From: Halieaceae bacterium | Lineage (GTDB): Bacteria > Pseudomonadota > Gammaproteobacteria > Pseudomonadales > Halieaceae | NCBI GenBank assembly: GCA_965601975.1 | Contig: OZ271856.1 | Coordinates: 2,562,240 to 2,626,239, forward strand | Reading direction: 5' to 3' | Length of the DNA: 64,000 nt | Shown here: positions 9,174 through 20,921 of the stretch, one piece after another | Layout of the letters: each line of letters opens with the position of its first letter | Position numbering within the stretch: the stretch's first letter is position 1 | The notes under the pieces: model-generated | The model's database searches: none | Seen by the model: only the letters and a program-made list of their open reading frames with translations | Told to the model about the DNA's origin: nothing | Position numbers and translations under genes: made by a program

Positions 9174-9575
9174 TCAATCAGTTACCTTGAGGGACTGCCG
9201 CATGTTCGCGGCGATGGCCGTGGCGATACGCTTGGCGCGCTCCGCTTTCTCCCCTTTCCAGCCCCGGTCCACCGCCGTCAGGAAATATTCCAGCCAGCGC
9301 TCGAAGTCCGCCGCTTCGAGGCTCCGTTTGCCGTGCAGGCGGCGGTGAATATTCATGGTGTGGCGCTGGTAGGCGGTCTCTCCCAGCAGCAACTTGTCCC
9401 AGTAATCGATGATATGCGGCAGGTGAATTTCCAGGTCGACGGCGGCCACGTCCATGAAAATGGGCGCCAGTACCGGGTCCTGCAGAAGTTCGCTATAGAA
9501 GCTGCGAACAAAGCGCTCGATCTGTTCGCGGCTATCCAGATCCGGCAGTGCTGTGACAGGCAGGGGGGCGTTCAT
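9174..9575 (-). CDS. Truncated hemoglobin family protein (probably group III)
   Basis: 133 aa with 2-on-2 globin-like motifs (FVRSFYSELLQDPVLAPIF ... HLPHIIDYW). Confidence 0.55.
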   Translation of the reverse strand: MNAPLPVTALPDLDSREQIERFVRSFYSELLQDPVLAPIFMDVAAVDLEIHLPHIIDYWDKLLLGETAYQRHTMNIHRRLHGKRSLEAADFERWLEYFLTAVDRGWKGEKAERAKRIATAIAANMRQSLKVTD

Positions 9576-9606
9576 GGTAGGAGTATATGGAGTGTAGAGG
9601 GCCAGG

Positions 9607-11004
9607 TCAGCGGCGCTTCTTCTTCACGTGTTTCATCATCCGCCGCTTGCGGGCCACCTGGCGCTGGGTGAGTTTGTTGCGCTTGCCGGCATAGGGGTTG
9701 TCCCCGGTGCGGAACTCCACCTTGACCGGCGTACCCTGCAGGTCCAGCGCGCGCCGGTAGATCTTCTCCAGGTAGCGGTGGTAGGACGCCGGCAGCTTGC
9801 CGGTCTGGTTGCCGTGTATGACGATCAGCGGCGGGTTTTGCCCACCCGCATGGGCATAGCGCAGCTTGATGCGCCGCCCGTTGACCATGGGGGGCTCGTG
9901 GTCAGCCACTGCGTCTTCAAGGATGCGCGTCAACTGATTGGTGGAGAGTTTGCGGGTTGCCGCCTCGTAGGCTGCGTCGACGGACTTGTAGAGGTGCCCC
10001 ACTCCGGTCCCGTGCAGCGCTGAGATGAAGTGGATGTCGGCGTAATCGATGAATTTGAGGCGCCGCTCCAGCTCATAGCGAATGCGCTGCTTGTCGTCAG
10101 ATTCCAGCCCGTCCCACTTGTTCAGGGCGATCACCAGGCCGCGCCCCGCGTCGATGGCCTGTCCCAGCAGGTGAAGGTCCTGCTCCACCAGTCCCTCGTG
10201 GGCGTCCATGACCAGGATGACCACGTGGGCGTCGTCGATCGCCCGCAGGGTCTTCACGATGGAAAACTTCTCCACCACTTCTTTCACGTTTTTGCGGCGC
10301 CGCACCCCGGCGGTGTCAATAAGCGTGTACTGGCGGTCGCCGCGGTCGTAGTCGATGTAGATGCTGTCGCGGGTGGTGCCGGGCTGGTCGTAGACCACCA
10401 CTCGCTCCTCACCCAGCAGGCGATTGATCAGGGTGGACTTGCCGACATTGGGGCGGCCGATCACGGCGACGCGAACAGCGCCCTCTCGCCCGGGTGCAGG
10501 TGCCGTGTCTTCAAACTCAAACTCCGACAGCACCGCTTCCAGCATGGGTTTGACGCCGCGCCCGTGTGTGGCGGTAATGGGATACACGTTTTCAAGACCC
10601 AGCGCATAGAACTCGGGGACCACCACGTCCTCGTTGACGCCGTCGACCTTGTTGACCAGCAGGTGGAATGATTTGTTGCTGCGCCGCAGGTGATTGACCA
10701 GTTCCTCGTCGCCGGCCGTCAATCCCGCGCGGGCGTCCACCAGCAGCAGTACCACGTCGGCCTCGTCCACCGCGGCCAGGGACTGCTCCGCCATGTGGGA
10801 GTCGATGCCGGCTTCTTCGCCGGTAATCCCGCCGGTGTCGATGACAATGAAGTGCTGGTCGCCGTAGCGGGCTTCGCCGTACTTGCGATCACGGGTAAGG
10901 CCGGGGAAATCCGCCACCAGCGCATCGCGGCTGCGGGTCAGTCGATTGAACAGGGTCGACTTGCCCACGTTGGGCCGCCCGACCAGGGCGATCACCGGTG
11001 TCAC
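9607..11004 (-). CDS. der: Ribosome-associated GTPase Der (EngA), tandem GTPase domains plus KH-like C-terminus
   Basis: Two G-domains (GRPNVGKST x2, DTGG/DTAG, NKVD/NKWD). Confidence 0.95.
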   Translation of the reverse strand: MTPVIALVGRPNVGKSTLFNRLTRSRDALVADFPGLTRDRKYGEARYGDQHFIVIDTGGITGEEAGIDSHMAEQSLAAVDEADVVLLLVDARAGLTAGDEELVNHLRRSNKSFHLLVNKVDGVNEDVVVPEFYALGLENVYPITATHGRGVKPMLEAVLSEFEFEDTAPAPGREGAVRVAVIGRPNVGKSTLINRLLGEERVVVYDQPGTTRDSIYIDYDRGDRQYTLIDTAGVRRRKNVKEVVEKFSIVKTLRAIDDAHVVILVMDAHEGLVEQDLHLLGQAIDAGRGLVIALNKWDGLESDDKQRIRYELERRLKFIDYADIHFISALHGTGVGHLYKSVDAAYEAATRKLSTNQLTRILEDAVADHEPPMVNGRRIKLRYAHAGGQNPPLIVIHGNQTGKLPASYHRYLEKIYRRALDLQGTPVKVEFRTGDNPYAGKRNKLTQRQVARKRRMMKHVKKKRR

Positions 11005-12212
11005 TGGTTTTCCCGGGCGGTGACCCTCAGCGCAGTGAGTTTGCCGCTGTTACCGAGTATGTAGAGCACGTCATCCACCGCCAGCATATTGCCGCGGATC
11101 CCGTCGCCATCCACCTGTATGCGGCCGATGATCCTGCCGTCGACCTGGGACAGGATGTGCACGTAGCCTTCGAAGTCCGCGACGGCGACGTAACCCTTGA
11201 CCACACGCGGGGAGTTGAGACGCCGGTAGGTCAGGTCGCCCTGCTCCCAGCGGATGCCGGAACTGTTGCGGTAAAACGCGATCACCGTGCCGGTTTCCTC
11301 CGCCACGTAGATATTGCCGAAGCCCTGGTCGAGGCCCACGTAGCTGGACACCTCTTCCTGCCGGAGCTTGCGTCCGCTGCTGACGTCGACGGCGGCAAGC
11401 CGCCCCTGGTAGCTCACGGCCCACAGTACCGGCGGCACCAGCAGCATGTCGCCGTCGATATCGACGATGCGATCGATTTCGGAGCGCCCCTGGGCAATAG
11501 CGACCCGGGCTTCCCAGCGCACCGCCCCCGTATTGACGTCCAGGGCCACCACCCGGCCATTGCCGAACGCGGCAATGGCGAAGCGCTCATAAATGATCGG
11601 CGTGCTGGTACCGCGCAGGGTCAGCACCGGCACGTTGCTGTCGTACGCCCAGGCCTGGGATCCGTCTTCGGCATTCAGGCCAAGCAGTTTGCCGTTATAG
11701 CTCTGCACCACTACCATGGTGCCGTTGCTCTGGGGCGCTGACAGGATCTCGCCCTGGAGCTGCGTGCTCCACAGTTCGCTGCCGTCTTCCTGGGACAGTG
11801 CAAGCACCTGGCCGTCACCGGTCCCGAGCAGCAGGCGGCCGCCGCCGATGCCGACGCCGCCGCTGAGCTCACGATCCAGTTCGGTGCGCCAGATGCGCTT
11901 GCCGCTGTCACGTTCCAGCGCCACCACGTCGCCCTCAGCACCGGCGGCATAGATGCGGTTACCATCGATGGCCGGGCGCAGGCGGTAGAAGCCCTCCCCC
12001 TGGCCACCGTCGACGCTGACGCTCCACAGCCGTTTGAAGCGCACTTCCTCGACGATGTCGAGCAGCTCCGCGGGCTGATTGGCCTCATCGTCACTGTCGC
12101 CAAACCAGTCGCCCAGCGTGCTACAGGCCGACAGGAAGGAAATGCCCAGGGCCAGACCGGTGGCCTTGAGAATACGAAGCACGTTATTCCTCCGACGTCG
12201 CTGCCAGCTCAC
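11001..12212 (-). CDS. bamB: Outer-membrane protein assembly factor BamB (PQQ-like beta-propeller lipoprotein)
   Basis: Lipobox LSAC plus repeated propeller blades. Conserved position yfgM-bamB-der. True start may be internal to the track ORF. Confidence 0.85.
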   Translation of the reverse strand: MSWQRRRRNNVLRILKATGLALGISFLSACSTLGDWFGDSDDEANQPAELLDIVEEVRFKRLWSVSVDGGQGEGFYRLRPAIDGNRIYAAGAEGDVVALERDSGKRIWRTELDRELSGGVGIGGGRLLLGTGDGQVLALSQEDGSELWSTQLQGEILSAPQSNGTMVVVQSYNGKLLGLNAEDGSQAWAYDSNVPVLTLRGTSTPIIYERFAIAAFGNGRVVALDVNTGAVRWEARVAIAQGRSEIDRIVDIDGDMLLVPPVLWAVSYQGRLAAVDVSSGRKLRQEEVSSYVGLDQGFGNIYVAEETGTVIAFYRNSSGIRWEQGDLTYRRLNSPRVVKGYVAVADFEGYVHILSQVDGRIIGRIQVDGDGIRGNMLAVDDVLYILGNSGKLTALRVTARENQ

Positions 12213-12864
12213 GGGCCGGTACCGGCGTCAGGCTTTGCAGCTTCAGGCGCAGCGCCTCGCTGGTACCGATATTGCCCGCCGCAGCCAGTGACACCGCGCG
12301 CTCGTAGGCGGCAATCGCCTTGTCGGTTTCGCCGAGCTGGACGTAGACATCACCCTCGGCTTCCGCGTAGGCGGGCTCATAGGCGCCGGCCTCGGCGGCG
12401 CTCAGTATGCTGAGCGCTTCCTGGGGCTTGTCCTGGGCCGCCTTGACCCGTGCCATGCGAAGCTCAGTCAACAGGCGAATTTCCCGCTCGGGATTCTGCG
12501 TCAGGACCCAGCGCAGCTGTTCCTCTGCAGCGTCGAGCTCGTTGTCGGCAACGGCGATCCGCGCCAGGTGCAGGGCGGCGAACTGGGCGTAGGTCGTGGA
12601 GGGGAATTCCTGCTTGAGCCTTTCCGCCAGGGTTTTTGCGGTGACCGCATCATCGGTCCCTGTGCTGACGCGCACGGCTTCCAGCAGTTCCTCGTAACGC
12701 ACGGAAGCGTTTTCCGCCTGCTCCACCTTGCGGTCCTGCCACTCATTCCAGCCAAAGGCCGCCAGCACGGCGAAGCCGACGGCGGCAAGCGTCGAACGCC
12801 CGTTATCGTCCCACCATTTCTTGAGCGCTTCGACCTGCTCTTCTTCAGTGCGATAGGTTTCCAC
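12184..12864 (-). CDS. yfgM: YfgM-like TPR membrane protein (ancillary SecYEG/chaperone factor)
   Basis: N-terminal TM plus TPR-like C-terminus. Conserved location between hisS and bamB. Confidence 0.75.
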   Translation of the reverse strand: METYRTEEEQVEALKKWWDDNGRSTLAAVGFAVLAAFGWNEWQDRKVEQAENASVRYEELLEAVRVSTGTDDAVTAKTLAERLKQEFPSTTYAQFAALHLARIAVADNELDAAEEQLRWVLTQNPEREIRLLTELRMARVKAAQDKPQEALSILSAAEAGAYEPAYAEAEGDVYVQLGETDKAIAAYERAVSLAAAGNIGTSEALRLKLQSLTPVPARELAATSEE

Positions 12865-14147
12865 TACTGTTCCTCGTTCTCGAAATATTGCTTCAGCGCC
12901 GCGGCGAGCGACTCGCGCGACACAGTGCGCTGTTCTCCGTCACCGCGCAGGGGCTTGATCCCCACGGTGCCGTCCGTCAGTTCCTGTTCACCGAGCAGCA
13001 GCGCCAGGCTGGCGCCGCTGCGGTCGGCCTTCTTCATCTGGCTCTTGAAGCTGCCGCCGCCGGTATGCACCTGCAGGCGGCAGCCTGGCAGTGCATCGCG
13101 AATCTGCTCTCCCAGCGCGAGCCCCGCAGGCTGGGCACCCTCGCCCACCGCTACCAGGTAGACCGAGGCCGCCGCCGGTGCCGCCGGGGCGGAACCGATT
13201 TCCTGCAATAGCAGTACCAGTCGCTCCAGTCCCATGGCAAAGCCTGCCGCGGGCGTCGATTTGCCACCGAGCTGCTCCACCAGGCCATCGTAGCGGCCGC
13301 CCGCGCACACGGTGCCCTGGGCGCCGAGTGCATCCGTCACCCACTCGAATACGGTGCGGTTGTAGTAATCCAGCCCGCGCACCAGCCTGGCATTCAGGCG
13401 ATAGCGAATACCCGCCGCATCCAGCATGGCGGTCAGCTGCGCGAAGTGATCGCGGGACTCGTCGTCCAGGAACTCCGGCAGGCTGGGCGCGTCTTCCAGC
13501 AGGGCCTGGGTGTCCGGGTTCTTGCTGTCGAGAATACGCAGCGGGTTTGAGTCCAGCCGGCGCTGGCTGTCCTCGTCGAGCTGGTCTGCGCGCGCCGCCA
13601 GGTAGTCCACCAGGGCAGCCCGGTAGTCGGCCCGCGCTGCATTGCTGCCGAGACTGTTGAGTTCCAGCGTCACCGCATCTGCGATACCCAGCTCGCGCCA
13701 GAGCCTGGCGGACAGGGCGATAAGTTCCGCCTCCACGTCGGCGGTGTCGGTGCCCAGCACCTCGACACCCACCTGGTGAAACTGTCGCTGGCGGCCTTTC
13801 TGGGGTCGCTCGTAGCGGAACATGGGGCCCGCATACCAGAGTTTCTGCTGGGCGCCGAGCAGCCCATTCTGGATAGCGGCCCGCACACAGCCGGCGGTGC
13901 CCTCGGGGCGCAGGGTCAGGCTGTCGCCGTTGCGGTCGGCGAAGCTGTACATTTCGCGTTCGACGATATCGGTCACTTCACCGATGGCGCGCGCGAACAA
14001 GGGAGTCTGCTCGACCACGGGCAGGCGAATCTCCCGGTAGCCATAGCCGTCGAGCAGGTCGGCGACGATGCGTTCCAGGTGCTGCCACAAGTAGCTGTCC
14101 TGCGGGAGAATGTCATTCATTCCCCTGATTGCGCGTATCGGGTTCAC
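12864..14147 (-). CDS. hisS: Histidine--tRNA ligase
   Basis: Class II aaRS motifs with HisRS-specific sequence ([18 protein letters not shown]..). Confidence 0.95.
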   Translation of the reverse strand: MNPIRAIRGMNDILPQDSYLWQHLERIVADLLDGYGYREIRLPVVEQTPLFARAIGEVTDIVEREMYSFADRNGDSLTLRPEGTAGCVRAAIQNGLLGAQQKLWYAGPMFRYERPQKGRQRQFHQVGVEVLGTDTADVEAELIALSARLWRELGIADAVTLELNSLGSNAARADYRAALVDYLAARADQLDEDSQRRLDSNPLRILDSKNPDTQALLEDAPSLPEFLDDESRDHFAQLTAMLDAAGIRYRLNARLVRGLDYYNRTVFEWVTDALGAQGTVCAGGRYDGLVEQLGGKSTPAAGFAMGLERLVLLLQEIGSAPAAPAAASVYLVAVGEGAQPAGLALGEQIRDALPGCRLQVHTGGGSFKSQMKKADRSGASLALLLGEQELTDGTVGIKPLRGDGEQRTVSRESLAAALKQYFENEEQ

Positions 14148-14167
14148 GTGGGCTTCTCGGGTGTTCT

Positions 14168-15313
14168 CTAGGCTTTGGCGATCAAGTCGCCTGAGTCGTC
14201 TTCGACCGGCAGCGGTTCGCCGCTGCGACTGGCTTCCAGCTCTGCAGCTTTTTTGCGAATGACCTGCTCGAGGTGGTCAATGAAATCCTGGTTGCTGACC
14301 TTGTGGTCCGGCTCGCCCCCGATATAGATCAGGTTGCTGGGCGTCGCGCCGGTCAGGCCGACATCCGCCTCGCGGGCTTCGCCGGGGCCGTTGACGATGC
14401 AGCCGATGACCGCAACGTCCATCGGTGTCCTGATGTCCTCGAGCCGCTGCTCGAGGCTGTTCATGGTCTTGATGACATCAAAGTTCTGCCGGGAGCAGCT
14501 CGGGCAGGCAATGAAATTGATGCCATTGGTGCGCAGCTTGAGGCTCTTGAGAATCTCGAAGCCGACCTTTACCTCTTCCACCGGGTCCGCCGCCAGGGAA
14601 ATGCGGATGGTGTCGCCGATGCCTTCCATCAGCAGCATGCCGAGGCCCACCGCAGACTTGACGGTGCCGCCGCGCAGGCCGCCCGCCTCGGTGATCCCCA
14701 GGTGCAGCGGCTGTTCGATCTGTTTAGCCAGCAGCCGGTAGGCCTCGACCGCCATGAACACCTCGGAGGCCTTCACGCTGACCTTGAATTCCGGGTAGTC
14801 GAGCTTGTCGAGGAAGTCGACATTGCGCATGGCGGACTCCACCAGCGCCTCTGCGTTGGGCTCACCGTACTTGCGCTGCAGGTCCTTGCCCAGGGAGCCG
14901 GCATTGACGCCGATGCGAATGGGAATGCCCTTGTCGCGGCAGCTGTCGACGACCGCTCGAACCCGCTCTTCGCGGCCGATATTACCGGGATTGATGCGCA
15001 GGCAGTCCACCCCGTACTCGGCGACCTTGAGCGCGATCTTGTAGTCGAAGTGGATGTCGGCCACCAGCGGAACGTCTACCTGGCGACGAATTTCCCGGAA
15101 TGCCTCGGCGGCATCCATACTCGGCACGGATACGCGGACAATGTCAGCGCCTGCGCCCTGGATAGCCTGGACCTGGGCGACCGTGGCATCGACGTCGCAG
15201 GTCTCCGTATTGGTCATGCTCTGCACGCTGATGGGCGCATCGCCGCCGACGGCGACGTTGCCGACGTGAATCTGGCGCGATTTGCGGCGCTTGATCGGCG
15301 ACTCGGTGTTCAT
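14168..15313 (-). CDS. ispG: 4-hydroxy-3-methylbut-2-enyl diphosphate synthase (IspG/GcpE)
   Basis: Full-length match to GcpE, including the CPSCSR Fe-S cysteines. Confidence 0.95.
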   Translation of the reverse strand: MNTESPIKRRKSRQIHVGNVAVGGDAPISVQSMTNTETCDVDATVAQVQAIQGAGADIVRVSVPSMDAAEAFREIRRQVDVPLVADIHFDYKIALKVAEYGVDCLRINPGNIGREERVRAVVDSCRDKGIPIRIGVNAGSLGKDLQRKYGEPNAEALVESAMRNVDFLDKLDYPEFKVSVKASEVFMAVEAYRLLAKQIEQPLHLGITEAGGLRGGTVKSAVGLGMLLMEGIGDTIRISLAADPVEEVKVGFEILKSLKLRTNGINFIACPSCSRQNFDVIKTMNSLEQRLEDIRTPMDVAVIGCIVNGPGEAREADVGLTGATPSNLIYIGGEPDHKVSNQDFIDHLEQVIRKKAAELEASRSGEPLPVEDDSGDLIAKA

Positions 15314-16266
15314 GGCTCACCTACGGTAAATCTGGCGGTGTCCCGCCCCGGTCGAGTGCGTACCGGAAACGGCTCACCGAGATAGGTCAATGTCACGGCA
15401 GCGGCATCGCCAGCGAGAATCTCGAATGGCGGCGTGCCGTCCAGGCGCAGGATATCACCGGCGCCGCGCAGGTCAGCATAGATCAACTGGCCGTCGCCGT
15501 CGCGTACTTCCAACCAGCAATCGGCGCTGAAGCTGAACTCCAGGGCGGCGTCCTGCGGGCCTGTGTCCGAAGGCTCGGACGCCGCGGCAACGGGTTCCGG
15601 GGTCTCGATTGCTTCAGGTTCGGCTGCGGCGAGGCCGCTGTCGAGCGCGGCGACGGTGCTGTCTCCCCGGGTGACTTCGGGAAGGGATTCCGGCAGCGAG
15701 TCGGCCGCGCCGGCGTCCACAGCAAGCGAACTCTCGATCACCGGGCTGTCTGCTGCCGCGGCCGGAAGCGGTGCGTCTTCTGCGACGGCGCCCGTTACGG
15801 CCTCTGCGACTGCCTCTGCTGCCGGCTCCGGCGCAGAAGCGGCAGTGTCTGCAACCTCGGCCGTGCCTTTGTCCCGGTTGCCCGAGATCAACGCAATCGC
15901 GACCACCGCGAACAGCACAAGGCCAAACACCCAGCGGCCCGCATTCTGCCCCGGCGTAGCCGCCGCGGTCGTCGCCCCGGCATCGTCCGGGGTTTCTGCG
16001 TGTTCAGGTTCCAGCGCGCCATACAGCGCGACCATTTCGTCTTCGTCCAGTCCGAGAGTGCGGGCATAGGCGCGAAGGTAGCCGCGTACGAAGGCGGCGC
16101 CGCGCAGGCTGTCGAAGCGGTTTTCCTCCACTGCCTGGATGTGCGCCGGCAGCCAGTTGAGCCGGTCGGCCATTTCACGGGGGGAGATGCCGGCCGCTTC
16201 GCGGGCGTTCCTCAGTCGCTCCCCGGGTGTCTGGAGCTGCTCGCCGGTAAGCTCAGAGCTCTCCAT
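15310..16266 (-). CDS. rodZ: Cytoskeleton protein RodZ (HTH-XRE N-terminus, TM, Ala/Pro/Glu-rich linker, C-terminal domain)
   Basis: N-terminal HTH ([19 protein letters not shown]), single TM, low-complexity linker. Conserved position between pilW and ispG. Confidence 0.8.
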   Translation of the reverse strand: MESSELTGEQLQTPGERLRNAREAAGISPREMADRLNWLPAHIQAVEENRFDSLRGAAFVRGYLRAYARTLGLDEDEMVALYGALEPEHAETPDDAGATTAAATPGQNAGRWVFGLVLFAVVAIALISGNRDKGTAEVADTAASAPEPAAEAVAEAVTGAVAEDAPLPAAAADSPVIESSLAVDAGAADSLPESLPEVTRGDSTVAALDSGLAAAEPEAIETPEPVAAASEPSDTGPQDAALEFSFSADCWLEVRDGDGQLIYADLRGAGDILRLDGTPPFEILAGDAAAVTLTYLGEPFPVRTRPGRDTARFTVGEP

Positions 16267-17059
16267 TCTTTACCGCCTGCTCGTAGGCGCGGAATTCCGC
16301 GGACTGGGGATAGAGGTTGCGCAGCGCCAGGGCCCGGCTGGCCTCGGCGTCCTGGTCCTGCAGGGCATGCGCGACACGGATGCCGAGCCACAGCGCCCGG
16401 GAGGACTGCTGGCGGCGGAAGCGCCGGTAGTTTTCCAGGTAGCGCTCCGCCAGCTCGAAATTGCTGGCGTTGTATTCGATATGCGCCAGTTCCAACATCG
16501 CCAGGCTGTTGCTGCGGTCCATGGTCAGCGCTCGCTGGAAGGCCTTGCGCGCGTCATCTTCCTTGCCGAGCCGCACCTGGCACAGGCCCAGGTTGATGAA
16601 AGCCTGTGGCCGGCTCTCGTAGAGTGTGTCGGTAACCACTACGAGCAGCTGCTCTTCGGCATCCTCAAAGCGACCCTGGGAGTAGAGAAAGGCGGCGTAG
16701 TTATTGCGCGCCCGGGAGAACGGATCTTTCAGCCTGATAGCCCGCTCGAAGCTTTCCTCGGCCAGCTCGTACTCACCCGTACTCTGGTAGACCAGCGCGA
16801 AGGCCTCGTAGACCTCGGGATTTTGGGGGTCGATGCGCTCGGCCAGCTTGAGGTTGCGCTTGGCATCGTCCCAGTTGCCCTCACCAATGTAGCGGCGCGC
16901 CAGGGCAACCCGCGCCTCCAGCGCTTCCTCCGGCGACGATTCGGCGTTGAAGACTTTCTGCTCCTGGGTGATGCAGCCGCCGACGGCGAGGACCAGCACG
17001 GTGCCGACAAAGATGCGCGAAATTGCTGCTTTGAATTCTGAACCCAAGTCTATGCCCAC
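16253..17059 (-). CDS. pilW: Type IV pilus biogenesis/stability TPR lipoprotein PilW (PilF)
   Basis: Lipoprotein signal (..LAVGGC) plus TPR repeats. Synteny rlmN-pilW-rodZ. Track ORF overlaps the rlmN end, so the real start is likely downstream. Confidence 0.8.
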   Translation of the reverse strand: MGIDLGSEFKAAISRIFVGTVLVLAVGGCITQEQKVFNAESSPEEALEARVALARRYIGEGNWDDAKRNLKLAERIDPQNPEVYEAFALVYQSTGEYELAEESFERAIRLKDPFSRARNNYAAFLYSQGRFEDAEEQLLVVVTDTLYESRPQAFINLGLCQVRLGKEDDARKAFQRALTMDRSNSLAMLELAHIEYNASNFELAERYLENYRRFRRQQSSRALWLGIRVAHALQDQDAEASRALALRNLYPQSAEFRAYEQAVKNGEL

Positions 17060-18180
17060 CTGATGACCTGTTTTTCTTTTTCTTTTTCTTTTTCTCTATA
17101 CCGCTCGCTGCGGCGGGTGCGGTCTACCACCTCACCCACCAGCTGCCCGCAGGCCGCGCTGATGTCATCGCCCCGGGTGGTGCGCACGGTCACGATATAG
17201 CCGGCGTCGACCAACACTTGCCAGAACCGGGATACCGCATTGCCACTGGGGCGCTCATAGTCCGATTGTGCAAATGTATTGAAGGGAATCAAATTTATTT
17301 TGCAGGGAAAATCCCGCAATAGTGACGCGAGTTCACGGGCGTGCTCGGGCTGGTCGTTGACGCCGGCAATCAGCGTGTACTCCACCGTGACCACCCGCTT
17401 GCTGTCTCTCTGGGCATCGATGTAGTTGCGGGCGCTTTCCAGCAACACCGCGATCGGGTACTTGCGATTAATGGGTACCAGCTCATTGCGCAGCGCATCG
17501 TTCGGTGCGTGCAATGATATGGCGAGCGAGGCCTCGCTGACTTCCGCCAGCTTGTCCAGCATGGGGACCACGCCAGACGTACTCAGGGTGACCCGGCGCT
17601 TGGAGATGCCGTAGGCCAGGTCTTCCATCATGAGGTCCATCGCGTCGACGACATTGTCGAAGTTGAGCAGCGGTTCACCCATGCCCATCATCACCACGTT
17701 GGTCACCTTGCGACCCTTGCCGCTCTGGAAGGCATCGAAGGACTTCAGGGCCAGCCACACCTGGCCGATGATCTCCGCCGCACTCAAATCCCGCTGGAAA
17801 CCCTGCTTGCCGGTAGAGCAGAAACTACAGTCCAGGCTACAGCCCACCTGGGACGAGACACAGAGCGTACCGCGCTGGCCGTCGGGGATAAACACGGTTT
17901 CCACCAGGCCGCCGCCGTCAACGCGGATAGCCCACTTGCGGGTGCCGTCTTCGGAGTCCAGCTGGTTGACCACTTCGGGCGGGCGAATCTCGGCGACTTC
18001 CGCGAGTTTCTCCCGCAGCGCCTTGCTGAGATTGGTCATCTCGTCGAAGGAATCGATTCCCGCGTGGTGCATCCACTTCAGCACCTGCTGCGCACGAAAC
18101 GGCTTCTCCCCCATTTCGCGGAAGAAGTCCTGCATCTTTGGCAGCGTCAGGCCCAGCAGATTGACACGGGAGTCGCTCAT
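17050..18180 (-). CDS. rlmN: 23S rRNA/tRNA m2A methyltransferase RlmN (radical SAM), with an unusual C-terminal (EK)4 tail
   Basis: CxxxCxxC radical SAM motif (CSLDCSFC) with full-length RlmN similarity. The C-terminus ..[15 protein letters not shown] is encoded by the hexanucleotide repeat. Confidence 0.95.
   Translation of the reverse strand: MSDSRVNLLGLTLPKMQDFFREMGEKPFRAQQVLKWMHHAGIDSFDEMTNLSKALREKLAEVAEIRPPEVVNQLDSEDGTRKWAIRVDGGGLVETVFIPDGQRGTLCVSSQVGCSLDCSFCSTGKQGFQRDLSAAEIIGQVWLALKSFDAFQSGKGRKVTNVVMMGMGEPLLNFDNVVDAMDLMMEDLAYGISKRRVTLSTSGVVPMLDKLAEVSEASLAISLHAPNDALRNELVPINRKYPIAVLLESARNYIDAQRDSKRVVTVEYTLIAGVNDQPEHARELASLLRDFPCKINLIPFNTFAQSDYERPSGNAVSRFWQVLVDAGYIVTVRTTRGDDISAACGQLVGEVVDRTRRSERYREKEKEKEKQVIRWA
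17071..17094. repeat. (TTTTTC)4 hexanucleotide microsatellite (coding (GAAAAA)4 = EKEKEKEK) at the 3' end of rlmN
   Basis: Four perfect tandem copies, read directly from the sequence. Confidence 0.6.
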
Positions 18181-18186
18181 GGTGAC

Positions 18187-18612
18187 TTAGCGCTCGCAGA
18201 TCTCGCTGTCGGTGAAGAAGTAGGCGATCTCGCGGGCCGCGGATTCCGGTGAGTCGGAGCCGTGCACGGCATTGGCATCGATGGACTGCGCAAAGTCAGC
18301 GCGAATCGTGCCTGCGTCTGCTTCCTGGGGGTTGGTGGCGCCCATCAATTCGCGGTTCTTGAGGACGGCATTTTCGCCTTCCAGCACCTGCACGCACACC
18401 GGGCCGGAGGTCATGAATTCGATCAGCGCGGGAAAGAAGGGGCGCTCGCGGTGTTCCGCGTAGAAGCCGCCGGCCAATTCCTCGTCCAGGCGCAGCATCT
18501 TGGCGGCGACAATCCGCAAACCGTTCTTTTCGAAGCGGCTGTAGATTTCGCCAATCACGTTCTTGCCTACTGCGTCCGGCTTGACGATTGACAGGGTGCG
18601 TTCGACTGACAT
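18187..18612 (-). CDS. ndk: Nucleoside diphosphate kinase
   Basis: Full-length NDK with active-site NAVHGSD. Confidence 0.95.
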   Translation of the reverse strand: MSVERTLSIVKPDAVGKNVIGEIYSRFEKNGLRIVAAKMLRLDEELAGGFYAEHRERPFFPALIEFMTSGPVCVQVLEGENAVLKNRELMGATNPQEADAGTIRADFAQSIDANAVHGSDSPESAAREIAYFFTDSEICER

Positions 18613-18787
18613 GTTGGGTTTCTCCAGTTACAAGTTGAAACCGTGCCGGCAGCACCCCTCATGGGGCCACCGGATCGGCGTAGAAAAGGCGGCGGTATTA
18701 TACGGAGATTGACCCGGGCTTGCACCCCGAAATCGCGAATACTGGCCGGTTATTTGGCTGAAAAATCAGGAGCTTATGCGTTCTTGC

Positions 18788-19963
18788 TCAAGCGCCCTGT
18801 CCACTGGCCTTCGGCGGGGTCCTCAGGCGCTCCAGCACCTCGAGGATCCGGTCTGCCGCGAATTGCACTTCTTCAGGCGTGGTGAAGCGCCCGATAGTGA
18901 TGCGCAGGGAGCTGTGGGCGAGCCGATCCTCCACTCCCATCCCGCGCAGTACGTGGGACGGCTCGATCGCCGCCGAGCTACAGGCAGAGCCCGTGGAGAC
19001 CGCCAGGTCCTTCAGCGCCATCAGGAGGGTTTCACCTTCGACGCCGCCAAAGGCAACGTTCAATACGCCGGGCAGCCGCGGTGCGTCTTCTCCGTTCAGG
19101 TAGACATCACCGGCCTCGCGGAGCTCACCCCAGAGCTTGTCCCGCAGGCCCGTGATGCGCGAAACCTCGTCTTCAAGACCCTCCGCTGCTATTTTTGCAG
19201 CTTCGCCCATGCCCACCACCTGGTGGGTCGGCAATGTGCCGGAGCGCATGCCACGCTCGTGGCCGCCGCCGTGCATTTGCGGCTCCAGCTGCACCCGCGG
19301 GTTGCGCCGCACGAACAATGCGCCTACGCCCTTGGGGCCGTAGAACTTGTGGCCCGAGATGGACAGCAGGTCCACAGGCAGTTCCGCGAGGTTCAGTGGA
19401 ATCTTGCCGACCGTCTGGGCCGCATCCGTATGGAAAACCACGCCGTGTTCACGGCACAGGGTTCCGAGGGCGGCGATATCGTTGATGACGCCGGTCTCGT
19501 TGTTGGCGTGCATCACGCTGACCAGGATGGTGTCCTCCCGCAGCGCCTGCCGAACCGCCTCGGGGCTGGTCTGGCCATTGGGCTCCGGGTCCAGGAAGGT
19601 GACCTCGAAACCCTCCTCCGCCAGGTGCTTGCAGCTGTCCAGCACGGCCTTGTGCTCGATGCTCGAGGTGATGATGTGCCGGCCCCGCTCGCGGTAGAAG
19701 TGGGCCGCTCCCTTCAGGGCGAGGTTGTCGGATTCCGTGGCGCCGCTGGTAAATACAATCTCACGCGGGTCCGCCCCGATCAGGTCCGCCAGCTGGTTGC
19801 GGGCATGCTCCACCGCCTGCTCCGCCTGCCAGCCAAAGGCATGGGAGCGCGATGCCGGGTTGCCGAACACCCCGTCAGTGGAGAGGCAGGCCACCATGGC
19901 CTCCACGACCCGGGGGTCGACCGGCGTGGTGGCCGAATAATCGAGGTAAATAGGTGTGCGCAT
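18788..19963 (-). CDS. iscS: Cysteine desulfurase, IscS-type (class V aminotransferase), C-terminally shortened
   Basis: [14 protein letters not shown].., PLP-lysine region [10 protein letters not shown], active-site SSGSACSS. Likely start at the Met 23 codons into the track ORF. Ends ..[15 protein letters not shown] without the usual IscS C-terminal ~20 aa tail. Confidence 0.85.
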   Translation of the reverse strand: MRTPIYLDYSATTPVDPRVVEAMVACLSTDGVFGNPASRSHAFGWQAEQAVEHARNQLADLIGADPREIVFTSGATESDNLALKGAAHFYRERGRHIITSSIEHKAVLDSCKHLAEEGFEVTFLDPEPNGQTSPEAVRQALREDTILVSVMHANNETGVINDIAALGTLCREHGVVFHTDAAQTVGKIPLNLAELPVDLLSISGHKFYGPKGVGALFVRRNPRVQLEPQMHGGGHERGMRSGTLPTHQVVGMGEAAKIAAEGLEDEVSRITGLRDKLWGELREAGDVYLNGEDAPRLPGVLNVAFGGVEGETLLMALKDLAVSTGSACSSAAIEPSHVLRGMGVEDRLAHSSLRITIGRFTTPEEVQFAADRILEVLERLRTPPKASGQGA

Positions 19964-20094
19964 AGCTGTTACCGTCCTTTGCCGCAGTATCCTAGATGGC
20001 GTGCCGTCCCGCAACAACGCGGGCACCACCGAACGTCGAATTTCTGACTCACTATATCTTTAAATTTCAATGGCTTATGGAATTTTTTTGAGCG

Positions 20095-20919
20095 CTATTC
20101 CAGCTTATCCCCGGCCGCGCGCTGGGTCTCCGTGAGAATGCCGCGCAGGATATTGAGCTCCATCTCGTCCAGCCGCACCCTGCCGTAGAGCCGGCGCAGT
20201 CGCGCCATCAGCTGGCGCGGTGCTGCGGGGTCCAGGAAACCGATCCGGGTGAGGGTTTCCTCCAGGTGTTCGTAGAACCGCTCCATGTTTTCCACCGTGC
20301 TGAACGGCGCATCCCACTCGTCGCAGGGATCTGCCGGCAGCTGGCCGTCCAGGGCCTGCATGCGCAGTTCGTAGGCGACTACCTGCACCGCCATGGCGAG
20401 GTTCAGGCTGGGGTAGTCCTCGTGGGACGGCACGTGCAGGTGCAGGTGACAGGCCTGCAATTCCTCGTTGGTCAGGCCGCGGTCCTCGCGACCGAATACC
20501 AGCGCCACTTGCTCGTCCTTGTCGGCAGCCGCCAGTGCACGCTGGGCGCAATGCCGCGGGTCCAGCACCGGCCAGGGAATGCGGCGCCCGCGGGCGCTGG
20601 TACCGATGACCAGCTGGCAGTCGGCAATCGCCTCCTCCAGGGTTTCCACCACCTGGGCGGACTCCAGCACATCGCCGGCGGATGCCGCACGCCAGTCGGC
20701 CTCCTCGTGGGGGAACTTCCGGGGCGCGACCAGCACCAGGCGATTCAGGCCCATGTTCTTCATGGCGCGGGCGGCGCCCCCGATGTTTCCCGGGTGGGTG
20801 GTGTTGACGAGGACGATTCGAATATTGGCGCTGTTCACGGGTTTGACCTGGGGAAAGGGCGCGAATTTTAGCAGATCTGCTGCTATAATCGCGCGCCGTT
20901 CAAGACCTGCCAGGAACAT
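20095..20919 (-). CDS. trmJ: tRNA (cytidine/uridine-2'-O-)-methyltransferase TrmJ (SpoU class)
   Basis: SPOUT motifs (IRIVLVNTTHPGNIGGAARAM). Divergent from suhB as in E. coli/Pseudomonas. Real start probably ~25 codons inside the track ORF (GTG). Confidence 0.85.
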   Translation of the reverse strand: MFLAGLERRAIIAADLLKFAPFPQVKPVNSANIRIVLVNTTHPGNIGGAARAMKNMGLNRLVLVAPRKFPHEEADWRAASAGDVLESAQVVETLEEAIADCQLVIGTSARGRRIPWPVLDPRHCAQRALAAADKDEQVALVFGREDRGLTNEELQACHLHLHVPSHEDYPSLNLAMAVQVVAYELRMQALDGQLPADPCDEWDAPFSTVENMERFYEHLEETLTRIGFLDPAAPRQLMARLRRLYGRVRLDEMELNILRGILTETQRAAGDKLE

Positions 20920-20921
20920 CC

